Shown here in pieces: positions 8,124 through 16,633 of a stretch of DNA of 64,000 nt. The stretch covers positions 160,001 through 224,000 of the forward strand of contig CAWGMA010000001.1 of the NCBI GenBank assembly GCA_963823555.1, given 5' to 3'. Made by a program: the position numbers and the translations under genes. The notes beneath the pieces were generated by a model, which saw only the letters and a list, made by a program, of their open reading frames with translations, had not been told where the DNA came from and ran no database searches. Numbering within the stretch: position 1 is the first letter of the stretch; every line of letters starts with the position of its first letter. The DNA comes from Candidatus Eiseniibacteriota bacterium (GTDB taxonomy: Bacteria; Eisenbacteria; RBG-16-71-46; CAVPCR01).

Positions 8124-11100
8124 ATGTCGGAGATCAAGGTGAGGAAGGGGAAACCCGCCGCCCCAGAGGTCGCAGCCTGCGCCCCCGGCTCCCGGGCCGA
8201 GTTCGAGAAGCTTCTCCAGCTCGGCAATGGGCAGTTCGAGTGTGATAACCGCAAGGAGGCGCTTGCCTTCTATGCCCAGGCCTGGGAACTCCTGTTAGCG
8301 GCGGACCGGGCAGCAACTTCCGACCCCGGAGACCTCCCGGGGATGGCCGGAGAGGCCGTCTTCCTGTGCCGCCGGATGGGCGAGGTCCATCAGCTGCGCG
8401 GCGACTTCGAGGCTGCCCGCCATGTCCTCGCCGAGGCCGAGCGCCGGCTCGAGGAGCATCCTGACGACCATGAGCTGGGACAAGTTCTCGCCATCCGGGG
8501 CTCGATCGCGATCGACCTCGGCCGGTTCTCCCAGGCTCAACGCCTTCTGAAGCGGGCATATGAGCTCCTCAAGAGCTCGCCCGACCATCACGCCTTCGGC
8601 GCCCTCGAGCGCCGCCTCGGCAAGCTGTACCTGCGCATGGGACGGCCACAGGAGGCCCGGACCTACTTCGAGAGTGCGCTCGCCACCTTCCGTCGCATCG
8701 GCGACCAGCGCGGCATCGCCGGCACGCTCAATAACCTCGGCCTCATCCACAAGCTCGCCTGCGAGTGGATGGAGGCGGTCCGGGTCATGGAGAAGGGCCT
8801 CGTTCTGAACGAGATCCTCGCTGACGAGGCTCAGATCGGCGCCCTGTGCATCAACCTCGGTGTCGTGCACATGAAGATCGGCCAGTGGCAGCGGGCTGAG
8901 GAACGCCTCGACCGGGCCATCGCCTGCAATGCGCGCATCGGCAACCGCCGTGGCCTTGCCAACGCGTACATCGCCCGGGCCAATCTGGCGCTCCGCCTTC
9001 GTCAGTGGCGGGATGCCGAGCGCTGGCTCGAGCAGGCGCTCGAGATCGCGCACCCCCTCGGCCTCGTGCGGGCCGAGGGCTTGGCCCTCGAATCCCTGGG
9101 CGATCTTGCCGCCGATCGCGGCGACTTCGCACGTGCCGAGGAGCATCTGCGCGCCGGCCTCGAGCTTGCCCGCCCGCTGGGCGCGGACAACGAGCTCATC
9201 GGGGAGCTCGGGCGGCGTCTGGGGGAAGTGTGCGCTTCCACGGATCGTCCCGACGAAGCGCTGGCCCTCGTTGAGGAAGCCATCCATATCGCGCGCAAGG
9301 TCGGTGATCTCTACGAGGAGGCACTCTGTCATCGCCTCTTCGCGCGGATCCACGGTCTCCGGGGAGAGATCAAGCTGTTCCGCGAGCATGCGGCTCAGAT
9401 CATCGGTCGTCTCTCGCATATGGGGGAGAGGCGCGAGCAAGCGCGCACCTTCCTGGCCCTCGGCGATGTCTGGATGGCCCAGCGCTCCGCCCTTGCCGAG
9501 TCATGGCTCGAGGAAGCGCAGGTTTCCTATCAGCGGGCCGAGACCCTGGCGCTCGGCCTCGAGCTGCGCGGGGAGGCGGCGCTCGCCTCGCTCCGACTCG
9601 CCGAGCTCGAGCGCGAGCAGGGGCGGCTCGACCAGGCGCTTGTACGCATCGGGAGCGCGCTGCACCAGGCCGGGGAAGGAGAGCCGGCGATCCGTGAGGA
9701 GCTCGTTCGCCTCCGGGGCGAGGTCGAGGACGCCATGGCGGCCGGCTACGGGCCGAAGGCGGCCGAGCGCGAGGCCTTCCAGGAAGTCACGAAGCTCTAT
9801 TCGGGTCGCGCCGATGTCGATGCTGTGCTCGAGAACCTGATTCGTCTGATCGAGGAGCGGTCGGGGTCCGACCGGGCCTTCTGCGCCTGGGCTCCCAAGG
9901 AAGCGCCGCCAGCGGTCTGCGCGACCACCGGTTTCCGGCGGAGCGAGGCCACACGGATCCTGAACGGGCTCGGGCGCGGGCTCGTGGCCGAGCTCATCGC
10001 CGATGATCGTCCGCTCATTGCCACCGATCCCGAGGATGATCCCCGACTCCAATTCATCGGCCATCGCGATGGCAGCTCCGCTCTCTCCATAGCCGTCATG
10101 CCCTTCCAGATCCCGGATCAGGTACAGGGCATCGTCTATGTGGAGCGCTCACCGGGCAATCATGCCGGCCCCTATCGCGCCGCCGATATCGCTCTGCTCT
10201 CGATGCTCACGAACGTCGTAGCCATCGCCGCCGTCGAGGCAGAACGCGCGCGCCGGCTCACCGAGGGGGTAGCGGCCGCCGACCGTCCGCCGGCCCTGGC
10301 AAGCATCATCACCGGCAACTCGGAGATGCTGCGCATCCTGAACCTGCTCGAGCGTGTCGCATCGACGCCGGCGAGAGTCCTCTTGCTGGGCGAGACCGGA
10401 ACCGGCAAGGGGCTTCTCGCCAGCGCATTGCATCACTTGAGCCCACGGGCGCAGGAGCCGTTTCTGCAGATCAACTGCGCGGCGTTGCCGGAGCCGCTCC
10501 TCGAGAGCGAGCTCTTCGGGCACGTGCAGGGAGCGTTCACCGGCGCCATCCGGGAGAAGCTCGGGCTGTTCGCGGAAGCAGGGGCCGGTACCATCTTCCT
10601 CGATGAAATCGACAAGATGACGCCTTCCATGCAGGCGAAGCTCTTGCACGTTCTCGACCGCCAGGAAGTGCGGCTCGTCGGCGACACCAAGTGGCGCCAG
10701 ATCCACTGTCGAGTGGTGAGCGCTGCCAACGTCGACCTCCGCGAGCTCATTCGCAAGGGCGAATTCCTGGAGGATCTCTACTACCGGCTGAATGAGTTCT
10801 CGGTGCTGGTGCCCCCGCTTCGCGATCGCCCGGATGATGTTCTGCTCCTGGCGCGGCACTTCATCGAGAAATCAGCGGTTCGGATGGGGCGTCATCCGCG
10901 CGGCATGGATCCGGAGGTCGAGCGCCTGCTCGTGAGCTACGAATGGCCGGGTAACGTGCGCGAGCTCGAGAAGACCGTCGAGCGTATGGTCGTACTTGCG
11001 ATGGACGATGCCCCGCTCGGGCTCGACCTCCTGCCCGAGGGTCTTGTCAGCCCGTCCTCATCGCTCAAGGCGGGCACGACGTTGCGCGAGGAGATCCGTC

Positions 11101-11285
11101 GACTCGAAGCCCGGATGATCGGCCAGTCGCTCCGCGAGAACGGATGGAACAAGCTGCGCACGGCGCGCGCGCTCAAGCTGTCCTATCCCGCTCTGCTCAA
11201 GAAGATCCGCGAGTATGATCTCGATCGTCGCCGAAACGGCGGCAGCGCTCCCTCCCGACGCAAGAGCGTTAACAGTCAGATATAA
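8124..11285 (+). CDS. Sigma54-dependent enhancer-binding protein with N-terminal TPR array, GAF, AAA+ and Fis-type HTH
   Basis: Many TPR-like repeats (e.g. AGTLNNLGLIH, INLGVVHMKIGQW); GAF-like segment; GETGTGK, ESELFGHVQGAFTGA, FLDEID, WPGNVREL and a C-terminal HTH; start 8109 or 8124. Confidence 0.9.
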   Translation: MSEIKVRKGKPAAPEVAACAPGSRAEFEKLLQLGNGQFECDNRKEALAFYAQAWELLLAADRAATSDPGDLPGMAGEAVFLCRRMGEVHQLRGDFEAARHVLAEAERRLEEHPDDHELGQVLAIRGSIAIDLGRFSQAQRLLKRAYELLKSSPDHHAFGALERRLGKLYLRMGRPQEARTYFESALATFRRIGDQRGIAGTLNNLGLIHKLACEWMEAVRVMEKGLVLNEILADEAQIGALCINLGVVHMKIGQWQRAEERLDRAIACNARIGNRRGLANAYIARANLALRLRQWRDAERWLEQALEIAHPLGLVRAEGLALESLGDLAADRGDFARAEEHLRAGLELARPLGADNELIGELGRRLGEVCASTDRPDEALALVEEAIHIARKVGDLYEEALCHRLFARIHGLRGEIKLFREHAAQIIGRLSHMGERREQARTFLALGDVWMAQRSALAESWLEEAQVSYQRAETLALGLELRGEAALASLRLAELEREQGRLDQALVRIGSALHQAGEGEPAIREELVRLRGEVEDAMAAGYGPKAAEREAFQEVTKLYSGRADVDAVLENLIRLIEERSGSDRAFCAWAPKEAPPAVCATTGFRRSEATRILNGLGRGLVAELIADDRPLIATDPEDDPRLQFIGHRDGSSALSIAVMPFQIPDQVQGIVYVERSPGNHAGPYRAADIALLSMLTNVVAIAAVEAERARRLTEGVAAADRPPALASIITGNSEMLRILNLLERVASTPARVLLLGETGTGKGLLASALHHLSPRAQEPFLQINCAALPEPLLESELFGHVQGAFTGAIREKLGLFAEAGAGTIFLDEIDKMTPSMQAKLLHVLDRQEVRLVGDTKWRQIHCRVVSAANVDLRELIRKGEFLEDLYYRLNEFSVLVPPLRDRPDDVLLLARHFIEKSAVRMGRHPRGMDPEVERLLVSYEWPGNVRELEKTVERMVVLAMDDAPLGLDLLPEGLVSPSSSLKAGTTLREEIRRLEARMIGQSLRENGWNKLRTARALKLSYPALLKKIREYDLDRRRNGGSAPSRRKSVNSQI

Positions 11286-11445
11286 CTCGGATTGCCATTC
11301 CCAGTTTCTTTGAACACAACTGGTTGTGGCTGTCGTTTCGTTTCGATGGAAATTAAGTTGATAGTTTGCGGCCGGTACTTGAAGACAAGGTCCACCCGCA
11401 GCAGCCGCCCCACATGCTCAACTCGTTACAAAGGATAGAGTTGAG
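11270..11445. promoter_or_regulatory. AT-rich enhancer region with candidate UAS and IHF-like sites
   Basis: Motif at 11270-11285; inverted repeat ctcaactc-N13-gagttgag at 11417-11445; TCAA-N4-TTA IHF-like site at about 11418-11428. Confidence 0.45.
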
Positions 11446-11471
11446 GCTCAGGACGCAATCCCCAATCGGAT

Positions 11472-11487
11472 TGGCATGCTTCTGGCT
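11472..11487 (+). promoter_or_regulatory. Sigma54 (-24/-12) promoter
   Basis: TGGCATGCTTCTGGCT: GG(11473-74)-N10-GC(11485-86). Confidence 0.7.
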
Positions 11488-11496
11488 GAGGACAAT

Positions 11497-11783
11497 GCGT
11501 GGAGTGGGGACCTCCTAGGACTCCCTGGGGTATTCGGAGTCTCGAGGCCTCCGGACAGATCTCTTCCTCAACTGCAGCCTGGGCTGTCCGGAGTATCTCG
11601 AACCCGAATACCTCGGGGGTCCGAATTCATCATCTTGGTGTGGATGAGCTGAACCGCCTGCTCATCCGATCACCTCTGAATTCGCCACTCCCCGCATGGC
11701 CAAGGCTCCGGCGGTTCAACAAGCGTCTTGGCATCGGGGGGTGTGACGCGGCCTCGGGTTCGTCGACCCGAGGCCGTTTTCTT
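11497..11783 (+). ncRNA. Putative novel structured non-coding RNA (~285 nt)
   Basis: Starts at the predicted sigma54 TSS. Stems: P1 11495-11507/11685-11697, long P2 11518-11622, P3 11623-11683, P4 11699-11732. A 9-bp loop-loop complementarity is present and the RNA ends in an intrinsic terminator. Confidence 0.7.
11748..11783 (+). terminator. Intrinsic terminator
   Basis: gcggcctcgggtt-cgtc-gacccgaggccgt followed by a T-rich tail. Confidence 0.8.
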
Positions 11784-11963
11784 CTGGATTCTCCAATCCT
11801 CCTGCTCTGCCCACCCCAGTGGTTTCGTGTGGCGAGCGCGCTACGTGGCGTGACCTCGCTGCCGCGCTGATTCCTCGCCTGCCTGTCTCTCCAGGTTCCA
11901 TGTCCTTCCCGTATCCATTGTCCCGATAATGAGTTGAGTCTGTCCATCGGCCCTTCGGGAGGC

Positions 11964-11979
11964 TGGCATTCGAAATGCG
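11964..11979 (+). promoter_or_regulatory. Second sigma54 promoter
   Basis: TGGCATTCGAAATGCG: GG-N10-GC, 125 nt upstream of the lipoprotein gene. Confidence 0.65.
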
Positions 11980-12103
11980 TTGGGGGATCGGTGCGGGTGG
12001 CCGCAGGGCCACCCGACCGCACCGGCAAGGTGCCGCGCGGGGAAGGGCAAGCATCGCCTGCGGGCGGCCCGTTCAGGCCCGTCCGCGAAGGGAGGTGACC
12101 CCG

Positions 12104-12937
12104 ATGGCGATCCGCCAGGAACCTGAGAAGATCGGCGACACCGCTCGCGGCCGCGCCCGGCTCGTGCTCGCGGCGCCTCTCGTCGCCGTCCTCCTCCTTC
12201 TGAGTTCGGGTTGTGGGCTCGACCTCGACGATGACCCGGTCGTCGGTCCCCGCGACGTGACGCCGCCGGCGATCCCGACCGGAGTCCGTTCCGTCACCGG
12301 TGACAGCCAGGTGCAGCTCGTGTGGAACCCCAATGTCGAAGAGGATCTCGCCTGCTACCGCATCTACTGGAGTCCGGCGCCGGCAGGTCCCTACGAGTTC
12401 ATGGCCGAGACCGACATCCCCCGCTTCGTCGATCGCGATGTCGACAACGGCGTGACTTACTTCTACGCGGTGACGGCCGTCGATGTCGCAGGGAATGAGA
12501 GCGAGCTTTCGCTGGAGCTGATTCATGACACCCCTCGCCCTGCGGGGACCGATCTCGTCCTCTGGCGCGCGTCCGGCCCGAGCTGGGAGCTCTCCGGCTA
12601 CGACTTCAGCAGTTACGTGCGGCGTCCGTGGAGCTCGGTCGACGCCGACATGTACTTCAACCTGGAGAGCGGGCGTCCGGCCATGGTGGCCTCGGATCCT
12701 GCTACCGATCTGCAGGATGCCGGCTATGCCCAGCTCGATGATCTCGACTGGGCACCCCCCGCGGGCTGGACGGGCGAAGACCGCGTGACCCTCATCGAAG
12801 GCCACTGCTACTACGTCTGGACCCGCGACGACCACTACGCCAAGTTCCGTGTCACCGATCTGAATCTCGAGCGGGTGGTCATCGACTGGGCTTACCAGAT
12901 CGACAAGTCGAACCCCGAGCTCGTGAGAGGTAGGTGA
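12104..12937 (+). CDS. Lipoprotein with a fibronectin type III domain
   Basis: GGAGGTGA RBS; lipobox LLLLSSGC; Fn3 signatures PAIPTG...VQLVW...YRIY...YFYAVTAVD..GNES. Confidence 0.8.
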   Translation: MAIRQEPEKIGDTARGRARLVLAAPLVAVLLLLSSGCGLDLDDDPVVGPRDVTPPAIPTGVRSVTGDSQVQLVWNPNVEEDLACYRIYWSPAPAGPYEFMAETDIPRFVDRDVDNGVTYFYAVTAVDVAGNESELSLELIHDTPRPAGTDLVLWRASGPSWELSGYDFSSYVRRPWSSVDADMYFNLESGRPAMVASDPATDLQDAGYAQLDDLDWAPPAGWTGEDRVTLIEGHCYYVWTRDDHYAKFRVTDLNLERVVIDWAYQIDKSNPELVRGR

Positions 12938-12942
12938 TTGCC

Positions 12943-14316
12943 ATGCGCGCGCGACTTTCTCAGCTCGCGGCCGCCACTCGTGTCCTCGCCATCACGACGA
13001 TGTTCGCAGCCGCGGCCGGTGCCGCTGCCGCCGGTCCCCTCGGACCGGAGGCGCTGACGGCGGTCCCCGCCGGGTCCATCCAGGGTCCTCCGCTCAGGGT
13101 CAAGCTGTGGGTCGATCGCGGTGCCGAGGCGGTCTACTACCCGGGTGATCCGGTGTGGGTGACCTTCACGGTCAATCACGATGCCCATGTCTGCATCTAC
13201 AACATCGATACGGGGGGCAGCGTGCAGGTCCTCTTCCCGCCGCCCGGGGATCCGGGATTCGTCCGTGCCCACGAGGTCGTGGAACTGCCACGCATCGACA
13301 GCGATTTCGAGTACGTCGTCTCCGGACCGCCAGGCATCGAGACCATCGAGGCGATTGCCAGCCGGGCCCGTCTTGCGCCCTGGGATGAGGGCTGGGGTTG
13401 GGAGTGGGAGACCGAAGATTGGGACGAGCGCGACTGGGAGAACGGCCGGCACAGCGAGGACCCTGAATGCGATGACTGCGATCCTGAGCTCGAGGAGTGG
13501 GAGGAGGACTGGGATGACGGGGAAGGCTGGGGCGAGGGGGTCGGCGGGCGCAGTACTCGGCTCGATGCCCGCCCCATCGCGCCGCCGCGCCCGACGGGCA
13601 TCACGGTGTCCGGTGATCCGTTCGTGGCCATTCGTCGCGTGAACCGGCGGTTGCTTCCAGCTCCCTGCCCGGCGCGCGATTACGATACGGCGGTCCTGAC
13701 CTTCTACGTCGGGCGCCGGGTGCACTACCCCCGCTACGCCTGCAATGACTGCCATGGGCCCGTCCATGGGTTCGATCCCTACGGGGACCGGTGCTCGGTG
13801 TTCTCAGTGCGGGTGAACGTCGGCTGGGTGTACACGCCACACCACGTCGTCGTGCGCGATGTGCACGTCATCGAGCCGCGCTACGTCTACGTGCGGCATC
13901 CCGTGGTCCCGCCTCGCTACAAGCACCTGAAGCGAGCCTGGCCATCGCACGATCGCTACAAGCTGAAGAAGGAGTTCGCCGGCACCCCGACCTGGAAGGC
14001 CGTGCCGAAGCCGCCCACGACCAAGGGAATGCCGGCTACCTGGCCGGAAAAGGGGGGCTCCGAGCGGACCGGTCTCCTGTGGAAGGGGAAGGTGCGGGTC
14101 GAGCATCCGATCGAGAACGGGACCATGATCCGCGAATCAGGTGGCAAGTCGCCCCCCGCGGCGACCAAGAAGGTCAGGGGATCCGGTTCGACCAAGTCAT
14201 CCGGTGGAGACAAGGCGGCCGCCAAGTCGCAGAAGTCCGGTGCCAAGAAGAGAGCGGTCGACACGTCGGCGCAGCAGCAGAAGAAGACGGGCGGATATTC
14301 GGACAAGAAGCGCTGA
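12943..14316 (+). CDS. Secreted DUF4384-like protein with a CxxCH motif and a Lys-rich tail
   Basis: Signal peptide; KLWVDRG..AVYYPGDPV...IYNIDTGGSVQVLFP...GPPGIETIEAIAS; CNDCH at 13741-13755; start 12934 or 12943. Confidence 0.7.
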   Translation: MRARLSQLAAATRVLAITTMFAAAAGAAAAGPLGPEALTAVPAGSIQGPPLRVKLWVDRGAEAVYYPGDPVWVTFTVNHDAHVCIYNIDTGGSVQVLFPPPGDPGFVRAHEVVELPRIDSDFEYVVSGPPGIETIEAIASRARLAPWDEGWGWEWETEDWDERDWENGRHSEDPECDDCDPELEEWEEDWDDGEGWGEGVGGRSTRLDARPIAPPRPTGITVSGDPFVAIRRVNRRLLPAPCPARDYDTAVLTFYVGRRVHYPRYACNDCHGPVHGFDPYGDRCSVFSVRVNVGWVYTPHHVVVRDVHVIEPRYVYVRHPVVPPRYKHLKRAWPSHDRYKLKKEFAGTPTWKAVPKPPTTKGMPATWPEKGGSERTGLLWKGKVRVEHPIENGTMIRESGGKSPPAATKKVRGSGSTKSSGGDKAAAKSQKSGAKKRAVDTSAQQQKKTGGYSDKKR

Positions 14317-14359
14317 TGTCTCGCCTGAGCGAGAACGGGCCGCTCGTTCCCGGCGGCCC

Positions 14360-15322
14360 TCACCTGGCGCGCACGGCGTCCGGGGCGGCGGCGATGAGCG
14401 CCGCCCCGAACACTCCGGCGGCGTCGCCCAGGGCCGGGCGGAGAATCGGGGTCGTGAGCTCATCGGAAAAGAGATGCGCCGCCACGCATGCGGGTCCCTC
14501 GCGGTACAGGCGCTCGATCCGGGAGAGCCCACCCCCGACGACGACGCTGTCGGGATCGAGCATGTTCATGATCGCGGCGATCCCGCGGCCGAACCACTCC
14601 AGGTAGTCGTTGCAGGCCGCGGCAGCCGCCCGCTGGAGCGGGTGCCCGGCATCCTCCGCAATCGACCAGATCCCGATGGCGTCGAGCTCGTGCCCGCTCC
14701 GGGCGGCGAAGCGGCGGGCCATGCCCGGGCCGGAGAGGAAGGTCTCGAGACACCCGCGCCGCCCGCAGTAGCAGGGCGGTCCCTGGGGATCGAGGACGAC
14801 GTGACCCCACTCGCCCGCGATGCCCTGCGGCCCCTCATGGACGCGTCCATCGATCACGATCCCACCGCCCATGCCGGTGCCGAGGATGATCCCGGCCACG
14901 ACCGACGCCCCGCGTCCGGCGCCGAAGCGCGCCTCGGCCAGTGCGAAGCAGTTGGCGTCATTGGCCATTGCCAGGGGCCGTCCCAGCTCGCCCGCGACGT
15001 CCTCGTAGAGCGGCATGCCGTTGAGCACCGTCGAATTGCAGTTCTTCATGCAACCCGTCGCCCGCGAGCGTGCCCCTGGTGTCCCGAGGCCGATCGCGAG
15101 CACGTCGGCTCCCGGCAGGGCCGCCATGGCCTCGCGCGCCAGGGAGGCAACGAGCGTCACGGTGCCTCGGTAATCCCCGGCCGGAGTGGCGGCGCGTTTG
15201 CGGAAGATGGGCGAAGGCAGTTCGTCGCCAGCGAGGTCATGAGCTCGAACGACGACGACCTCGGTCTTGGTCCCGCCGAGATCGATGCCGACGTAGGCCC
15301 GTGTGCCTGGTTCGGATGTCAT
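14360..15322 (-). CDS. ROK family kinase (Mak/fructokinase-like)
   Basis: GIDLGGTK, ANDANCFALAE, GEWGH, CYCGRRGCLE and GDAAGVFGAA motifs. Confidence 0.9.
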   Translation of the reverse strand: MTSEPGTRAYVGIDLGGTKTEVVVVRAHDLAGDELPSPIFRKRAATPAGDYRGTVTLVASLAREAMAALPGADVLAIGLGTPGARSRATGCMKNCNSTVLNGMPLYEDVAGELGRPLAMANDANCFALAEARFGAGRGASVVAGIILGTGMGGGIVIDGRVHEGPQGIAGEWGHVVLDPQGPPCYCGRRGCLETFLSGPGMARRFAARSGHELDAIGIWSIAEDAGHPLQRAAAAACNDYLEWFGRGIAAIMNMLDPDSVVVGGGLSRIERLYREGPACVAAHLFSDELTTPILRPALGDAAGVFGAALIAAAPDAVRAR

Positions 15323-15332
15323 GCCGGTTCCG

Positions 15333-16163
15333 TCAGCGCGGCCCGAAGGCGATGGGGCCGATCGTCACCACCGAGAGCACGACTGCGCCGAGCGAGGCCA
15401 CGGCCAGGACGACGGCGAAGATCTGCGCGCCGGGACCTTCGGCTCCCTTGACCCCTCCGCCGAGCACCATCGCCGCGGCGTAGCCCCCCGCGAAACCGCC
15501 GCCGTGGGCGAAGTTGTTGATGCCGGGCATCATGAATCCGAAGAGGAACAGGATAACTGCCCAGGTCCAGACCTGGGCGGTCATGTGCGAGCGCCCGGCC
15601 CGCCGCCCGTGGACGATGAGGGCGGCCAGGAGGCCGAAGATCGCGCCCGAGGCGCCGATCGTCGGAGCGTTCCCCATGAGGTTCGACACCAGGAACCCCA
15701 CCGCGCCGGCGACGATGAAGATGATGAAGGCCCGGGCCGGGCCGTAGAGCTCCTCGACGGCGGGGCCCAGGTTCCGGATCCACATCACGTTGAAGAAGAT
15801 GTGGAGGAGACCGCCGTGCAGGAAGGTGGCGGAGAGGATGGTCCAGAAGTGTCCCTGAGCCCAGACGATCCCCCCCGTCATGCCGAGAGTATAGAGAGCG
15901 CGCGAACTCGGCGAGAGGAAGCTCATGATCCCACGTGACGCGAAGGCCCCGCGCAGATCGATGGCGAGCGAGAGGACATACAGCACGATGCACGCTGCAG
16001 CGATCAGGCTCGTCGGGTCGATGCCGCCAAGGAGGCGCGAGAGTCCCGGGCCGAAGCCCCAGAGCCCGGGCTGGATCCGGCCGCAGTAGGGGCAGCGCGG
16101 CTCCGAAATCGAGATCAGCTTGCGGCAGCCGGGGCAAATGATGGCTCCGGACGTCTGGCGCAT
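15333..16163 (-). CDS. Rhomboid intramembrane serine protease with an N-terminal Zn-ribbon
   Basis: CPGC..CPYC, FLHGGLLHIFFN, GASG and AHGGG; AGGAGG RBS before ATG 16163. Confidence 0.9.
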   Translation of the reverse strand: MRQTSGAIICPGCRKLISISEPRCPYCGRIQPGLWGFGPGLSRLLGGIDPTSLIAAACIVLYVLSLAIDLRGAFASRGIMSFLSPSSRALYTLGMTGGIVWAQGHFWTILSATFLHGGLLHIFFNVMWIRNLGPAVEELYGPARAFIIFIVAGAVGFLVSNLMGNAPTIGASGAIFGLLAALIVHGRRAGRSHMTAQVWTWAVILFLFGFMMPGINNFAHGGGFAGGYAAAMVLGGGVKGAEGPGAQIFAVVLAVASLGAVVLSVVTIGPIAFGPR

Positions 16164-16472
16164 GGTGGTGATCCTCCTGGATCCTCTCTTGACCCTCGAG
16201 TCCATCCCGCCGGGGGATGCCTGGAGGTCCGTCCCGCGGGCCGGGTGAATGGCGGCGTCTGGACGATTCCGGGGGAACCTGAGCCCACGCCGGCGGTTTA
16301 ATGGACAGCGGACTCCTGGCGTGGGGGTGAAGATCCCCGGTCGGGTCATCCGCAATCCGGCGCATCATAAGGCTTGGCGGCGCCTGAACGGTTGGAGGTT
16401 CTTAGGGGGATTGAGCCTCCCGCCGGGAAGGCGCCGCCAAGCCACTCCTCGATCCTCCGCGGGACAAGTCGA

Positions 16473-16501
16473 TTGACCCGACGAGGGCTCTTCCCTAAGC
16501 T
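16473..16501 (+). promoter_or_regulatory. Sigma70-type promoter upstream of the M6 protease operon
   Basis: TTGACC-17nt-TAAGCT. Confidence 0.5.
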
Positions 16502-16633
16502 TCAACCTTCGACTTTGCAATTGATTGCGTGCCTCAGCATGGAGCCTGCTGCGACCAGTCGATCCTGGCGGCTCACGGTGCATGCCGCAAGTTGCCACTC
16601 GCTATCCATTCCAAGCCGAGCCCTATCGAGCCC

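Noticed and set aside
11495..11697. Retron msr-msd (flanking inverted repeats plus long hairpin)
   Set aside because: No reverse transcriptase in the window, and the long hairpin comes first rather than last.
11497..11783. CsrB/RsmZ-type sponge RNA for the CsrA in this window
   Set aside because: The GGA triplets lie mostly in predicted stems, not in hairpin loops.
11499..11870. 123-aa ORF overlapping the ncRNA
   Set aside because: No recognisable motif, it runs through an intrinsic terminator, and the extensive pairing is better explained by RNA structure.
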